DNA of 54,770 nucleotides, filler included, from Basidioascus undulatus (taxonomy: Eukaryota), in assembly GCA_000826855.1 (NCBI GenBank). It is 4 parts of 4 records of this genome, joined end to end, with 100 filler letters (N's around TTAATTAATTAA, not from the genome) between each part and the next. Parts side by side here need not be neighbours in the genome. Positions count along the whole stretch, not along the records: positions 1 to 13,633 come from JTLS01000798.1; positions 13,734 to 27,362 come from JTLS01000799.1; 2 more parts are not named here. One strand, given 5' to 3'. The notes below the pieces were generated by a model, which saw only the letters and a program-made list of their open reading frames with translations, did no database searches and was not told where the DNA came from. Positions 12,812 to 25,100 of the stretch are shown here, one piece after another. The position numbers and the translations under genes are program-made. How positions within the stretch are numbered: position 1 is the stretch's first letter; every line of letters starts with the position of its first letter.

Positions 12812-13633
12812 ACATGGAATGACTCTTTCGATAGCGGCATGTAATGTCCTGTGGTAGTTTTCGTGCGGCTTGATCCGTCAAGATTTGGCCCAAAAATTAG
12901 ACTTCCGAGGCGAGGCTTACACCGTACGAGATTATGAGTAATTGGCAACACCAGGGGTGCCATGCGAGCTCCCAATCCTTTACTGTTGCTCCCATACGGT
13001 CGCTTCCGTTTGCTTTCGGGCACTGTCCTCAGTGTATACCACGGGCTACAGGCTTGTTGCGAGCAGTAGTGACTGAGGTGTTGAGTTACACCGCTCTGTG
13101 GAGCGCACTCCTCACTTCGGCCGTTCCTTTCTGTAGCTGCAATTTGTCTTCACTCGATTCTTTTTTAAAAAATTGATTATTTTACCTGATATGAGAAGGG
13201 CTGTTCAGATCGACCTTACCAGCCTCGGGCACCGCAGCTGAGCAATATTCCCCGAACACCCTTCAGACAGAGACGATATGCATCTGGCAATACTAACCCT
13301 CTACAGGTCCTCCCGCACAGCACTCTGCATTGGCTACATGTAAAAGTCTCAACTCCCGGAATACTTCAACCACGGCGAGGAAAGATATTCAAGCGCCGGA
13401 CGCAACGGCGTGCAAAAGAGAGTTTCGAAATGCATTGCCTGTGCCAACTCCAACTGAAACTCTGCTGGTACCTTCCCCCCTCTTCCAAGCCCACTCTCCC
13501 TCCTCCTCTCCCAAATAACACTCCACACTAACGCCCATGCACCCCCCAGCCATCCCCACTACCTCCGCGCGCGTGCTGGACCTCCACCCTGCGGGTCCCT
13601 CCTGGACAGGCCTCACCTCCTCCGCCCCGCAAG

Positions 13634-13733
13634 NNNNNNNNNNNNNNNNNNNNNNNNNNNNNNNNNNNNNNNNNNNNTTAATTAATTAANNNNNNNNNNN
13701 NNNNNNNNNNNNNNNNNNNNNNNNNNNNNNNNN
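13634..13733. other. Assembly spacer (N44-TTAATTAATTAA-N44)
   Basis: 100-nt gap with a six-frame stop linker; identical at three places. Confidence 0.98.
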
Positions 13734-14272
13734 CCAGAATCAGTCGGCACAAAACAAAACAGGACGAACGCATCATTGAACAGCTCCATCAGCTCCTCCA
13801 GCACCTGCACATAGCGATCCCAGTTCTCGCGTCGTTCGTAGAAGCTCGCCAGGCCCTGCACGCAGACGGACGCGTTCAGATTGGGCCTGCACCCACTGCC
13901 GCTGAAGATTTCACCAACGCACCTGCCATGCCAACGGTTGCATTGGAGCAGATTCAATCGCTCGCCGGTAGGCCTGCTCTTCGTCTCTCGATCAGCCTCC
14001 GCAGCGCACCCTGCAGTCAGGCACTGCGCACCTTCTCGCTCGCCTGGAACTGCTCAAGGTTGAGGAGGGCGAGTCCGAGGAAGACGTTTCTGTATACTCC
14101 AGAGTAATTCAGATGCAAATTTGGGACTATGGTAGCGAAAGCGGACACACGCATGATAATTGGAGGCCTCGTAGTTCAAGACTCCCTCGGATGCGTCCCT
14201 CGCGGTCTCCCAGTCCTTCTTGCCGATCGCCTCCTTGGCGGCCTTGAGTTTGCTCTTGACGTACGAGGCCAT
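13734..14272 (-). CDS. SKI3: Superkiller protein 3 (Ski complex TPR subunit), 5' part truncated by contig end
   Basis: Spliced translation MASYVKSKLKAAKEAIGKKDWETARDASEGVLNYEASNYHA/NVFLGLALLNLEQFQASEK/AYRRAIESAPMQPLAWQ/GLASFYERRENWD matches the conserved Ski3/TTC37 N-terminus (NYxAxVFLG, PLAWQGL). Confidence 0.9.
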
Positions 14273-14744
14273 GCGCTGTCCTATCCCACTTTAAATACTC
14301 AGGATTTAGGGAAGAGAGTGATGGTATGGGTGTGATTGTGAGCGGAGAAGACGCAGGGCGAGCATCCCAAATGACGCCGTGAGCTGACCCCTTTCGGTGT
14401 TGGACGGAATTCAAAGCAACTCGTGTTCAAGGCGCAATGCATGATCGTCCCCTCGCGAACCGTGGCTTTCTTCTTCGCGTCCATCATCAAAATATGGCAT
14501 ACTCTTACCATTCGCATCTGTTCCCTGTTCCCGCGTATGCTCACACCCACACGCGATGACCACCGTCGACGTTGCTCGCTCCCTACCCGCCTGACACGCT
14601 AATCTCACTAACGCCGATGCCGGCTACTATCGCCCCCTCGCGTCTAGGCTTGATAGTAGTTTCAGCCTCAACACCCATCTCAGCCGTATCTCTTCTCTCA
14701 CCCTCGCTCCTTTCGTCTTCGATACCCCTCAGCTGCTCGCCAGC

Positions 14745-16125
14745 ATGAACCTTGTCGGGCTCTTTATCAAGCTCCTGACGATCCTCTGCAGCGGCGGGGA
14801 CCACCAGCAGCAGCAGCAGCAGCAGCAGGGCGCGTGGAACCAGGGCCCGCCGCAGGGCTACCCGGGCAAGCAGCAGCAGCAGCAGCACCAGTACCCTCCC
14901 CAACAGCAGCAACAACAATACCACGGCCAGAAGCCGTCCGGACCCTTGCAGCCTGGGACGGCGCACATCGGTCCGAACCACGGCCAGGTGCGTCTGCTGC
15001 GTCTTCTTCGGTGCTGCGGGGGGGAGGTTCCTGATTGGGGTGGGACCGGGATGGGCTGGGGGAGAACAGAGCTTAGAGCAGATCAACAAGACTAACGAGT
15101 ACTATGTCGGCTTGCGCAACGACGCGATCCAGCAGGGGAACCTGATGGCGCAGTGCTTCGAGAAGAGCAAGGCGGCGTACCAGGTGCGTCTTCGCATCTC
15201 ATCTGCGGTTCTTACTCTCCTCGAAATGCTGAGGAAGCGGGTGGGTGTAGAACGGGGATGGTGGCCGAGCGAAGGAGCTCAGCGAGGAGGGTGCGTTTCG
15301 GCTGGACTTGGGAGTCGGAAAGAAGAGGGGTTCAGCTGCTGACCGACGGCGGGAGCTGCAGGCAGGCGGCATCAGCGCAAGAGGGACGAGCTGAACCGGA
15401 AAGCGGCTGACTGGATCTTTATCGGTGCGTCCCTCCTCTTCCCCCTTTCTCCCTCTCCCCCGCTCTCACTGACGCCCAAGCCGCAGAGAACAACCGCGAC
15501 TCAGCCTTCGACGAGGTGCCTTTCCTCCTCCTCCCCCCTCCTCCTCCCCTTCCTCCACTGAACAGCGCGTCGGGTGTAGGTCGACCTACACGGCCTCTTC
15601 GTCAAAGAGGCGCTCGAGCGGACGGAGCAGGCCATTGCGGACGCGAAGCGCAAGGGGATCGATCCGCTCAAGGTCATCGTTGGGAAAGGTCCGTCTTCCC
15701 TCCTTCCCTTCTTTCCTTTCCCTTTGCCCTCCTCTTCACCTCCTCCTCATGCTCACACCCACGAAACAGGCCTCCACTCCCAAAATCACGTCGCGAAGAT
15801 CAAGCCCGCCATCCAGGTACTTTCCCTCCCCCGTTCCTGTTCCCCTCCCCTCCCCTCAGCTCAAGCGCACCCCGCTCTCCCCGCCCACAGGATCTCATGC
15901 GCCGGTTTGTCCTCCTTCCCCTCCCCCATCACTCATACCCCTTGTTGCTGATACCTATGGGCGCACAGGGAGAACCTCGCGGCCGAGCTGGACCTGCACA
16001 ACGCGGGCGTGCTCCTCGTTCACTTCGGCGGCGGGGGCGGCGGGGGCAGCCGCGGCATACAGGATGCGAGCTGGGCGGACGAGATGGAGCGGCGGACGGA
16101 GGGCGAAGGGTGCGTTGTCATGTGA
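14745..16125 (+). CDS. DUF1771 + Smr-domain putative endonuclease (YPL199C-like), multi-exon, polyQ N-terminus, C-terminal CVVM
   Basis: Exons give LRNDAIQQGNLMAQCFEKSKAAYQ/NGDGGRAKELSEEG/...AADWIFI/ENN/VDLHGLFVKEA...KVIVGK/GLHSQNHVAKIKPAI/...NAGVLLV...CVVM*. Smr motifs DLHG, IVGKGxHS and NxG are intact. Confidence 0.9.
14805..14918 (+). repeat. Coding CAG/CAA microsatellites (three polyQ tracts)
   Basis: (CAG)8 at 14805-14828 plus two shorter Q runs in exon 1 of the Smr gene. Confidence 0.9.
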
Positions 16126-17725
16126 GGGGTGGAAAGAGGGGAGACTTTTTCGCGCTGGCGCGATGGCGGAGTTGACACTTGGATTTTGCGGACTTGCACT
16201 TGGACATGGGCATGGACTTGGACTTATACCTCGATACTTTTATTGCTCGGGCTCATGCAGCTGTGTAATTGTGGAGTTACCTACGCGTGCGACCGGCATT
16301 GTTCAGGTTAAAACCTTCACTTCGAGTGTTTTTAAGTTCTCTCTCTCTATAACCAACTGGTGCCGTAGAAGGCTCAGACCTCGTTACATGTACACTTTTT
16401 GGCGCCCCAAACTTTCATTCAAAATATAATACTCCATCTGGCTGAATCCTTGTCTCGCTTGACCTAGTTAACGCTCATATGTCCAACGGGGTGAGGAGCA
16501 GAGGCTCGCATGGCGGCGAGACGTGGATAAGTCACTCGCTCTGGCGACGTGGGACCCTCGCCATCATTCCCTAATAATCAATAACTATGGCGGCTTTCTT
16601 CACACCTCTTCAAGCTTCCCCGGCGCTGCGTCAGAATCAGCGATGGAAATCTCAAGCCGAATCGGACACAGCTCGCACTCTCTGGTGCTTGGGGCCTGAG
16701 GATCAAGCCATGTTATAACAGGCCCATGATTCTATGGGAAATATGGTTAAGAGACATTTATACCTGTTCATGCGACCATGAGAAAAGCGGAAGGTTTAGC
16801 GAGGGAACCGGAAACCCCATGCAGCGAAGGAAACCTTTGATTCCTCCGTCCATCCAGCATTCACAGAGCCAAATGCTTGCGTCTTTAGGAATAACTCCCA
16901 TGGTTCCATAACTCAATGGTCTGTCCATGTATCTGCACTATCTGTCAATGCTTTCGAAGTCGAAGTCTAGGCATAACGGCGTCCTCCGAGCAAGAACATA
17001 CGTCCTTCGCCCGTCCTCTGTCAGGTGTTTTGAACCAAACCCTTTCGGCACCTTCATGCTCAATCTTCTCCAAAGTATCAGATATACAGAAGTATGGGAC
17101 TGCCAGATCCATGTTTCGTTGCCCGAATGAGCGGGCCGCTCAGGGGCTCAACGTTGGCCTTGCGACATGCCACGAAACGTTGATTATGTCTTTCTCGGTG
17201 AGAGATGTCTTGTTTTGGAATTAATATTTAAGGTTGCATTTATTGGGATACTAGTCTGCAAATACCTCAGAGAGCACCGAGAAAGATGGCAAAGTCAGCG
17301 AGTGAGGACGCTGGCTAACAGCGATGCTTCCACACAAATCAGGTCAAAGCATAAATAACGGTCTATTTTTGGACGCTGTCGATGCTTTCAGCCTGACAGA
17401 AGCCATTCCGCCTCTTCTTTCGAAAAAAACACATCCTTCTATCGACTTGCATCGACCCCGAATCAATGCACAACATCAGGCCAAAAGCATAGCCGCAGCA
17501 GCTCTGTGGCATAACTGCACCGCTTTGACACGCTGCGGTGGGTGCTGGAGGCGGGCCTCCTGAAGCTCCTGAAGGGGATCAATGGCGCAACAGTTGGCAC
17601 AAAGCGTGGCTTGACCTCATATTCGATCTCGGCCAACAGCGACACCACGCCCATAACACGTTCTTTCAGTCTCCCGAGCTCTTGACCTTGCATTCTCTCC
17701 GCCTTCCATCACATTCTCTCTCACA

Positions 17726-20548
17726 ATGCCGTCCGTCGAGGTCGGCCCCGAGCCTCCCTCACCGTCAACCACGACCGCGCCCACCGTCAACGCGCACACA
17801 AGCGCGACCGAGCTAAACGAGCTGAAGCGCACGACGTCTCCTGAGCAATTGCCCAGCACTGTAGCCCGCAAACGCTCGACCGGACCTGGAAGGCAGGCTT
17901 CGCTCGGCTTCGCGGAGCGTGGTGGGGTGGAGAAGGAGACGAGGCGGCGGTCGGGGAGGCACAGCACGGGGGACAGCGTGCCTTGGCCGCCGCGGAGGAC
18001 ACTCACGCTCACTGGCGAGGGGGGTCTCTTCACCCCGGAGCGAAAGATCACCCATACTCCTACATGTGAGCCTCGTTGTTTTTGGGTGCAATATGGCGGT
18101 GTCGTGTGCAGGACTGAGGGAAGTGATCCGGACAGATTTCGAGTCGATGAAGGCGATCGTCTGCTCGTCTTGGCTTAATCTCCTCCTTGTGTTCATCGTC
18201 ATCGGCTGGGTCAGCCATTGTGAGGCAGTCTCTACGTTAGGCAGTGACGTTCGCTCACAGTTGGAAGTGCAGTCGTTCATCTCAGTGACACGCTCACTTT
18301 CGTCTGTGCGTTCAAACGCTCGCCTTTCTCTCACTGTGGTCACTAAACCGCTGGAGTTTCAGTCACCTTCCTTGCCATCATTCCTCTGGCTAAGGTACAG
18401 CATAACTCGCGGCACATCCCCCCTCGCTCATCACGGCTTACGTGAGTCTGCGGTTCTGTAGCTGCTCGGCTATGCTACCGAGGAACTCGCAATGCGTGTT
18501 GGCGAAGCCATCGGTGGTCTGCTCAATGCCACGGTTCGTTAGAAGGTCCGCATCCCTTTCATGACCGTGGCTTATGTGAGACCCTTCAGCTCGGCAATGC
18601 GGTTGAGCTCATGTACGCCGCGCTTCTTGGGCCGTGCCAAACGGCAACGGCAATTTACCTCCTCTCCTTGCAGCGTCGCCATTATCGCGCTCACGAAGTA
18701 AGTTGGTTCTGCTGGTTGACGACGGAACACTGCTGACCTACTTCGCTCTAAAAGATGCGAGTTGCAGGTCGTCCAAAGTAGTTTGATAGGTAACATCCAT
18801 AACCCACCCTGCACGTCGACCGCATGCTCATCGTCCTCTTCTCAGGTTCGATTCTGAGCAACCTGTTGCTCGTGCTCGGCATGTGCTTCTTTGCAGGAGG
18901 GATCCGCTTTTCAGAGCTCAGCGTGCGCCCAATATCATTTCACTTCTCGCGCAATGCCCACCGCTCACAGCACGCACCTTTCGCAGTTTGGTTCCACTGC
19001 GGCGCAACTGAACTCGTGAGATTCCCCCCTCCCCCGCCGGAAGGGGCACCATAATCCTCACAGCATTTTGCAGGTCTCTTCTCGCTTTGGCTGTCATTGG
19101 CCTGCTCATCCCGCAAGGCTTTCGGCTGTCTGGACAACAGTTGACCGATGAGACCGTTGACCTTGACATCCTCAAGATGTCGCGTGGAGTAAAGCCATTC
19201 TGCGCTGTGCCCAATCATTTACATTCGCTAACAGTCTCGACTCTGGTCAGATCGCTGTCATCCTCTTCATCATCTACGCGCTGTACATCGTGTTTCAGCT
19301 CTGGGTACGTGTGCTGATTAGCTATTGTATAATGTCCGGGTTGGCTAACAACAGACACAAACAGAGTCACACCCACCTTTACAAGGATGACCCAGCTTTG
19401 AAGAACACGCACACTTTGACGGGCAAAGCGGTCAAGCCCGAGCAAGACGAGGAGTCCGAGGAGGGCGAGACGCCCACGCTCAACCTAGTGTCCACTATCG
19501 TGCTTTTGGTCGTTGTGACGGTGCTTGTCGCGGGTGAGCTTCCCCCACTTGGCTAAATGGGCGGCAGTGAGCTGACGCGCGGTGTAACACAGTTACGGCG
19601 GAATTCCTTGTCGGCTCGATCAACGGTCTCGTGGAGAGCACGCCGCTCTCTCAACAATGGGTCGGTACGTGTCGTCGATGGTGTACAGGAGGACAGTTAA
19701 GGTCAGGGCTGATGCAGTGTATACAGGCCTGATCTTGCTGCCGATCGTCGGCAACGCCGCTGAGGTGCGCCGGTTGCTTTCTTAGCGTTCAGCGGAAACT
19801 GTACTCACGCTGGTTGCATGTTAGCACCTGACCGCTGTCACGGCGGCGTACAAGGACAAGATGGACCTGGCCAGTGCGTCGTTGCTCATTCATCGCTGCA
19901 TGTCCTCTGTTTATCTTAACGTAAACTGACGTTATCTGGTCTGCAGTGGGCGTTGCCGTCGGCTCGTCCATCCAGATAGCCCTATTCGTTATTCCCTTGC
20001 GTGCGTTGGGCATTAGAGCAGTTGGGCTGCATACTAGGCTGACCCACTACACCTGTACAGTGGTGATCATCGCCTGGGGGCTTGACAAGCCACTGCCCTT
20101 GCTTTTCGTACGTTCGCGATGCTTCCATTTCTCAGGTATCACAGCTTCTAGCTGACGCCCTTGCTGGTTCTACAGGACCCGTTCGAGAGCCTGTTCCTAT
20201 TGTACGACGCTCTGCTTTGCACAGCAGGTCACCTGAACCCTTTTTTACACGCTTCACGCTTGCAGCCTTGCAGTTTGGGCTGTGAACTACACCATGTAAG
20301 TACGGTCTTTCTTTGTTTCTCGACGTCAGTGCTCATCCAGTCTTCCCTTTTCAGCCAAGATGGACGGACAAGTACGTGTCGCTTCTTGCCAGCGTGGCGT
20401 TGCACCTCGACCGTTGACATCTGCTCACACACTCCCCTCCCACACCATAGATTGGCTCGAAGGGGTCACCTTGATGTTCTTCTATGTCATCATCGCCGTT
20501 TCTATCTGGTGGAGTCGGCCTGTCGAGCATCTCATGGGATGTTCGTAA
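17726..20548 (+). CDS. VCX1: Vacuolar Ca2+/H+ antiporter (CAX family), ~20 exons
   Basis: Alpha-repeat motifs GGLLNAT/LGNAVEL, GSILSNLLLVLGMCFFAGG, LLPIVGNAAE/H and GVAVGSSIQIALFVIP; acidic loop EQDEESEEGETP; ends WLEGVTLMFFYVIIAVSIWW. Many short GT-AG introns. Confidence 0.92.
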
Positions 20549-20959
20549 TGTTGCCGACATCGCACGTACTTTTGGCCTAGCGTTTTCGCCTTATTCCATA
20601 CACGCATTTTAATCTCTCTGTTTGTAGCCGAAGTTCTCTTACCGTTATGTGGAGTAACTCTGACTTGAGGGGATGAGAAAGGTCGACAACCGGTGCAGTG
20701 GCGGCGCGAGCGGCCACGATGCCCTCGTGTTGTGGGCGAAGAAGATCCCGAGTATTCATAGATCTTATTGACTCTAAGAACTGTATTGAACCCGGCTGAG
20801 GATCCGAAGGCGCAGAGCTCGGCAGCAGGAGAGTGCGACATGGGCAGCCGTCGATAGTCGAACGCGTACGGGATACGCACTGGATCACTCACGCAAGCGA
20901 TTCCGCACTTCCTAATATAGAAGCACAATTATTCCATATTTAGGCTGAGCCGGATGAGG

Positions 20960-23905
20960 CTATTAGGTGGGTGGCGTCCTCAACTACCCTCGACAACAGG
21001 GCAGCGAGGTGTTCTGCTGAAAGAATGTCGTAGGTACTTACCTGTGATTCTAGCGGCACGCTGTCGATCCCTTCGGCTTGGTCTAGTTTTAGTAGTAGTC
21101 CTTGAAAAGGGGTTTTGGCTTTAAAACAAGTATTGACGTCTTCGAAGTCTTAAAGTGTGCGGAAAGCGAAAGATTGGATGGACTCACTCGTCACGCTTCG
21201 CAAGGTAGCGGACGACCTGTCGCCAGTCTCGGGTGTTTTGAACCCAAGGGAGAACCGGTGGTACGCACCTGAGTGAACGCAATTTGCAGCACCGCGATGA
21301 TGCATGCAAAGATGTATCCTTTGTTGAACCGTGGGCCTTCAGAGGTGGGGAACGTTAGAAGTGGGACGAATGCGAATGTTGACTGGGCAATAGTGTTCAT
21401 GGTGACCAAGCTGGAGAAGCCGTGAGCCTATCTGCGCAGACGCAAGGAGGATTAAGACTGGGGTTTGCAACCTACACGATAGCCCGCTCTTTCTGGTCGC
21501 GGCGAAGAATATCGTTTGACCATCCTGTAAAACCCACTGCTCAGACAAGACCCCTTTCTTGCATTCGTGAGAAAACATACCATACAATGCCGAAGACTGG
21601 GCATAGTAGAAGCCGTAAAGGTTAAATGCGCCTGCCGGGCTTCGGAAGATGTCCGCGCCGAAGTTGATGGCGATGATGTACTGCACGAGGTCACGAGGAT
21701 AGGTGAGCTCGCCAAGATCTTCGGTTCTGCTGTTCAAACTGCATACAAGAGCGCAGGCTGGGTGACCGATTGATCACTGTTGGTACGAGTGAGCCGGGAG
21801 AGGGAACATTAACGGCAAACGATTGCAAATGGCTTACTTGACTCGACCGCTGTCGTTCGGAAATTGCTTCTTGAGGAAAAGAAGGTAAGACGCTGCCATG
21901 TACACTTGTCAGCTTCTTCTTCAGCTCAGTCCCGGTAACACTCTCACAAGCGTTTCCACCTGGACAGTTTCTCAAATCGCGCACATATGTAATGTTAGCA
22001 ATGGCGCTGCAGCTCAGGACAAAGATTTTCTCTTACTCAGGTTCCAGAATCTGTTGGCATGCTCAACTGTCAGCCGGGTTCATGGTGCAGAAAGGGGGAC
22101 AAGCTTGTAGAACATCCCACGCAGTCAGCACCCAGAGCTTCCACCCCTTCAACACCTTGATGGTTTTGGCCTTGGAAAAGCCAGTGGACTTGACGCTGTG
22201 GCCTGCACTTTGGAACCGTTTTCGTGCGATTTCAGGGTCGGCCTGCGTCAGGAAAAGACTAAGGTGGGGGCGTAAAAAACGAGTTCGAAGGGCATGGGAG
22301 GGATCCGACACGCACCTCGAACACTTGTCCGGAGTACTAGGCAGACGAGGTAGCCGAGCAGTCCGACAGGTCTTTATCAGGGAGACAGTGGTAAGATACG
22401 GGATCCGATGGGTAAACCGCTGATTCACTTCGCTTACGATGATAGCACTGACGATGAACGGTGATCCATAGAGACGTGCAACATATTTATAGTGAGATTT
22501 GCAATAGTACTATTCTCACCTGCCAGCGCCACGCGGCCAAGCCAAGGTGCCCATTGAGGTGTCGGTACACCGAGGCTTGCAGAAGACCAGCGGTGAGTTG
22601 CCCAAGGGTTTGACCAAGGTAGAAGAAGCTGTGTGAGGCTGGAAACCAATACGTCGGTTGATTCCAATCTGCTTGTGGACGTACATGCCCCGGCGGCCGA
22701 TCTCTAAGAAGATTTTTTATGACAGTTAGTGAATGCATTGGGGTAGATAATTCTAAGAAGAAGGTGCGCACTATCCTTACGATACCAAGCTCCGAGTTTT
22801 ACCACGCCCAGATCAGCCAGGTGATGGAAAAGAAATCATCGAAGATACGCACACCCAGTGACTCCCGGGAAAAAGGCAGACTGCATCACCAGCCCTGTCA
22901 GCTGAGCAAGCCCTACAGTCGCTTCAAGAGAATAAGAGAACAGCGTACCTCAAAGGTACCAACCAGGAATCTGAAACAACAAAAGTAAGCTCTTGCCCAT
23001 CCTTTGATTTGACAAATAAGAGTTCTTACTGACATCCCGCAACTTCTGCGTACGAACGAGAGCGGTATTGCAGCTGTGGGCGCCCCGGAAGGGTTAGCTA
23101 TAGCTGCATGCTAGCTGCACGACATGGTCTGCTTTCCGCTCCGACGTACCAAAGTCACGATTCCCCATAGCTTGTGAGATGCGTGAGTCAGCCTGAAGTA
23201 TTTCGTCAAGCTCCGAACCAAGCGACTCTTACGACGTCGAGCGTTGGGATCGTGATATCTGTAGAAACAGGTACGTTAGCCAGAGACGCATCGTCTACAC
23301 GCTGTACTGCGTACGCATAGGGACTTTGGTGAAGATCCACATGAACGGGACCTGAAAGACCGCTGAACCAATGGTGTACAAGGTCTTCAATATTGTGTGA
23401 GTCAGTCTAGAGCATAGAGACGTGGAAAGAGTTTCGTTTCAAGACTATAGTCTCACCTGGAAGTGACAAGCTCATTGCCGTGAAAGCCAAGGTCGTTGGA
23501 CATTCCAGACACATAGGCATTGTCTGAGGACGCAAATCAGTATGCTATGAATTTGCTTTTATCGAAGCGCCTTACTGATGTTGCTCTGTTAGCAAGCAAT
23601 GCTCATATAAATCGTTGCTCGATCGAGCTCTCCTGTGTAGGCATGCGCGTTCTTACCTGGTCAAGATACTTGACCCAATAGCAAAGGGAAGCGTCTAGGT
23701 ACCGTAAGATCAGCTCCCAGCTCGATATCGTAACGACCGAAGAAAGAAATCTAGAACGCACAAAAGGCCACCAGGATATCGAATTTCCACGGCGCTCCTC
23801 CGGAGTGTCGTTCTCGTCAAACCAGTGATACCATTCGTGCCGCTCCGGACGCTCCGAGGTTGGAAAAGTGGAGGGGGAAGGCTGTTCAAGGTCCTTTACA
23901 GACAT
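20960..23905 (-). pseudogene. MFS transporter, anion:cation symporter family (Liz1/Fen2/Seo1-like), apparently frameshifted; 3' end approximate
   Basis: WYHWFDENDTPEERR, YWVKYLDQ, NAYVSGM, AFFPG, GLLQASVY..LNG..GLAAWRW and GPRFNKGY motifs. KFDIL is out of frame with EERR (~23790), and PVGLLGYLV is out of frame with LPSTPDK (~22340-22370). Confidence 0.7.
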
Positions 23906-25100
23906 AATGCAGAAGCTGAAACGGTGACGGGAACGGTAGAAGAAGCAGGACAAAAATCGCAGCTCCTGAAGAACGAACAGCGAATCTCATGCATGCAAAG
24001 ACAACATCCATCTGGTGTATTGTGAACGTGTGAAGTGCCTGGAAGGCCGAGTTTCCGGTAATACTCTCCTGATTCATGTATTTTCATGGAAGCCGGAACA
24101 CTTCCGGTAAAATGTAGCCAAGGAACACTCGGAGAACTACAGGTGCCCGTGGGGCAAGTGGGAGCACGCAATAATCGACAGCATGGCAACACGATTGACA
24201 CAGTCTTCTTCCCGTCGTCCCGGATTTTCTGCGCTTGCTCCGACCAAACTGCTTCACATCCTTTTGCATATTACAGCTGAACTGATTGTTTTCATCGTTT
24301 CGAATCCCTGTCAATGCAGAAGAAACGCCGGGCACCTGCAGTCCAACTGACTCTCATGCATGTACAGTATACACCAGCCTCTGTAGACCTTCACTTCTTT
24401 GCGAGACTTCACACTATTATATTCCATGACCTGAATGAGCGTTGTCCGGTCCCGCTGGCAGCGACGGCAGAAGGAGTGCCATGTGCGATGAACAATGAAC
24501 TGTGCTACGCAGGAAGACCCTCTCGAGTATAGAAACTTGCCAAAAGAAGGGGTCCCCGGATTGGCCCCCACGAAGAGAATTTTCAGGAGGGAGAAGGGGT
24601 TCGTCGACCCAGTGTAGAACAAAAGTACTTGTGGACATAGAGTGTGAGCGGCAGCGTTGCGGATCCATGACAACATGACAACAAGCGTGTACGCCCATGG
24701 CTACCGAGAACCGATGCGCATTTGGCTCTGCAGGTTATTTCTTCTTCAGCAAATGTGACTGGGGCCTGAGCACCGGGGCTTGTACGCGGATCTTGGGTAT
24801 TTCAGGGGGCCAAGGTGACCTGCCAGCTGGAGAGTCGCATATCGGCGCGGGGGACGTGGCTGCCACTCCAGCCCTCACCTTACTTTGATCCAAGTGTTGT
24901 CAGGTGTATTTTATCAGTGGTTCAGGACGTGATAGTCAGCCGCCCAGTGTTTTCAGTTGGTCCATGCGTTGCCGATTTCCGTGGCCGATCGCACGACGAG
25001 ACTGCGGCACACTTGACACTAAGCGCTCAAAAAATCATGGCCAGGGTCACAATGAAGATATACAAGAACACAAAATTCCAGATCAATCCACAGTAACGAG

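Noticed and set aside
13266..13300. ACAGAGA box suggesting U6 snRNA
   Set aside because: Downstream sequence lacks the AGC triad, internal stem-loop and U6 conservation.
13678..13689. Palindromic TTAATTAATTAA repeated three times in the window (piggyBac-like target or regulatory site)
   Set aside because: Always centred in N44 blocks: an artificial six-frame stop linker.
16190..16225. Degenerate hexamer repeat (GGACTT-like x6) after the Smr stop codon
   Set aside because: Short UTR microsatellite; no spacer structure, not CRISPR-like.
21035..21044. TACTTACCTG resembling the U1 snRNA 5' end
   Set aside because: It is the reverse complement of a CAG|GTAAGTA splice donor on the MFS strand; no U1 stem-loops or Sm site.
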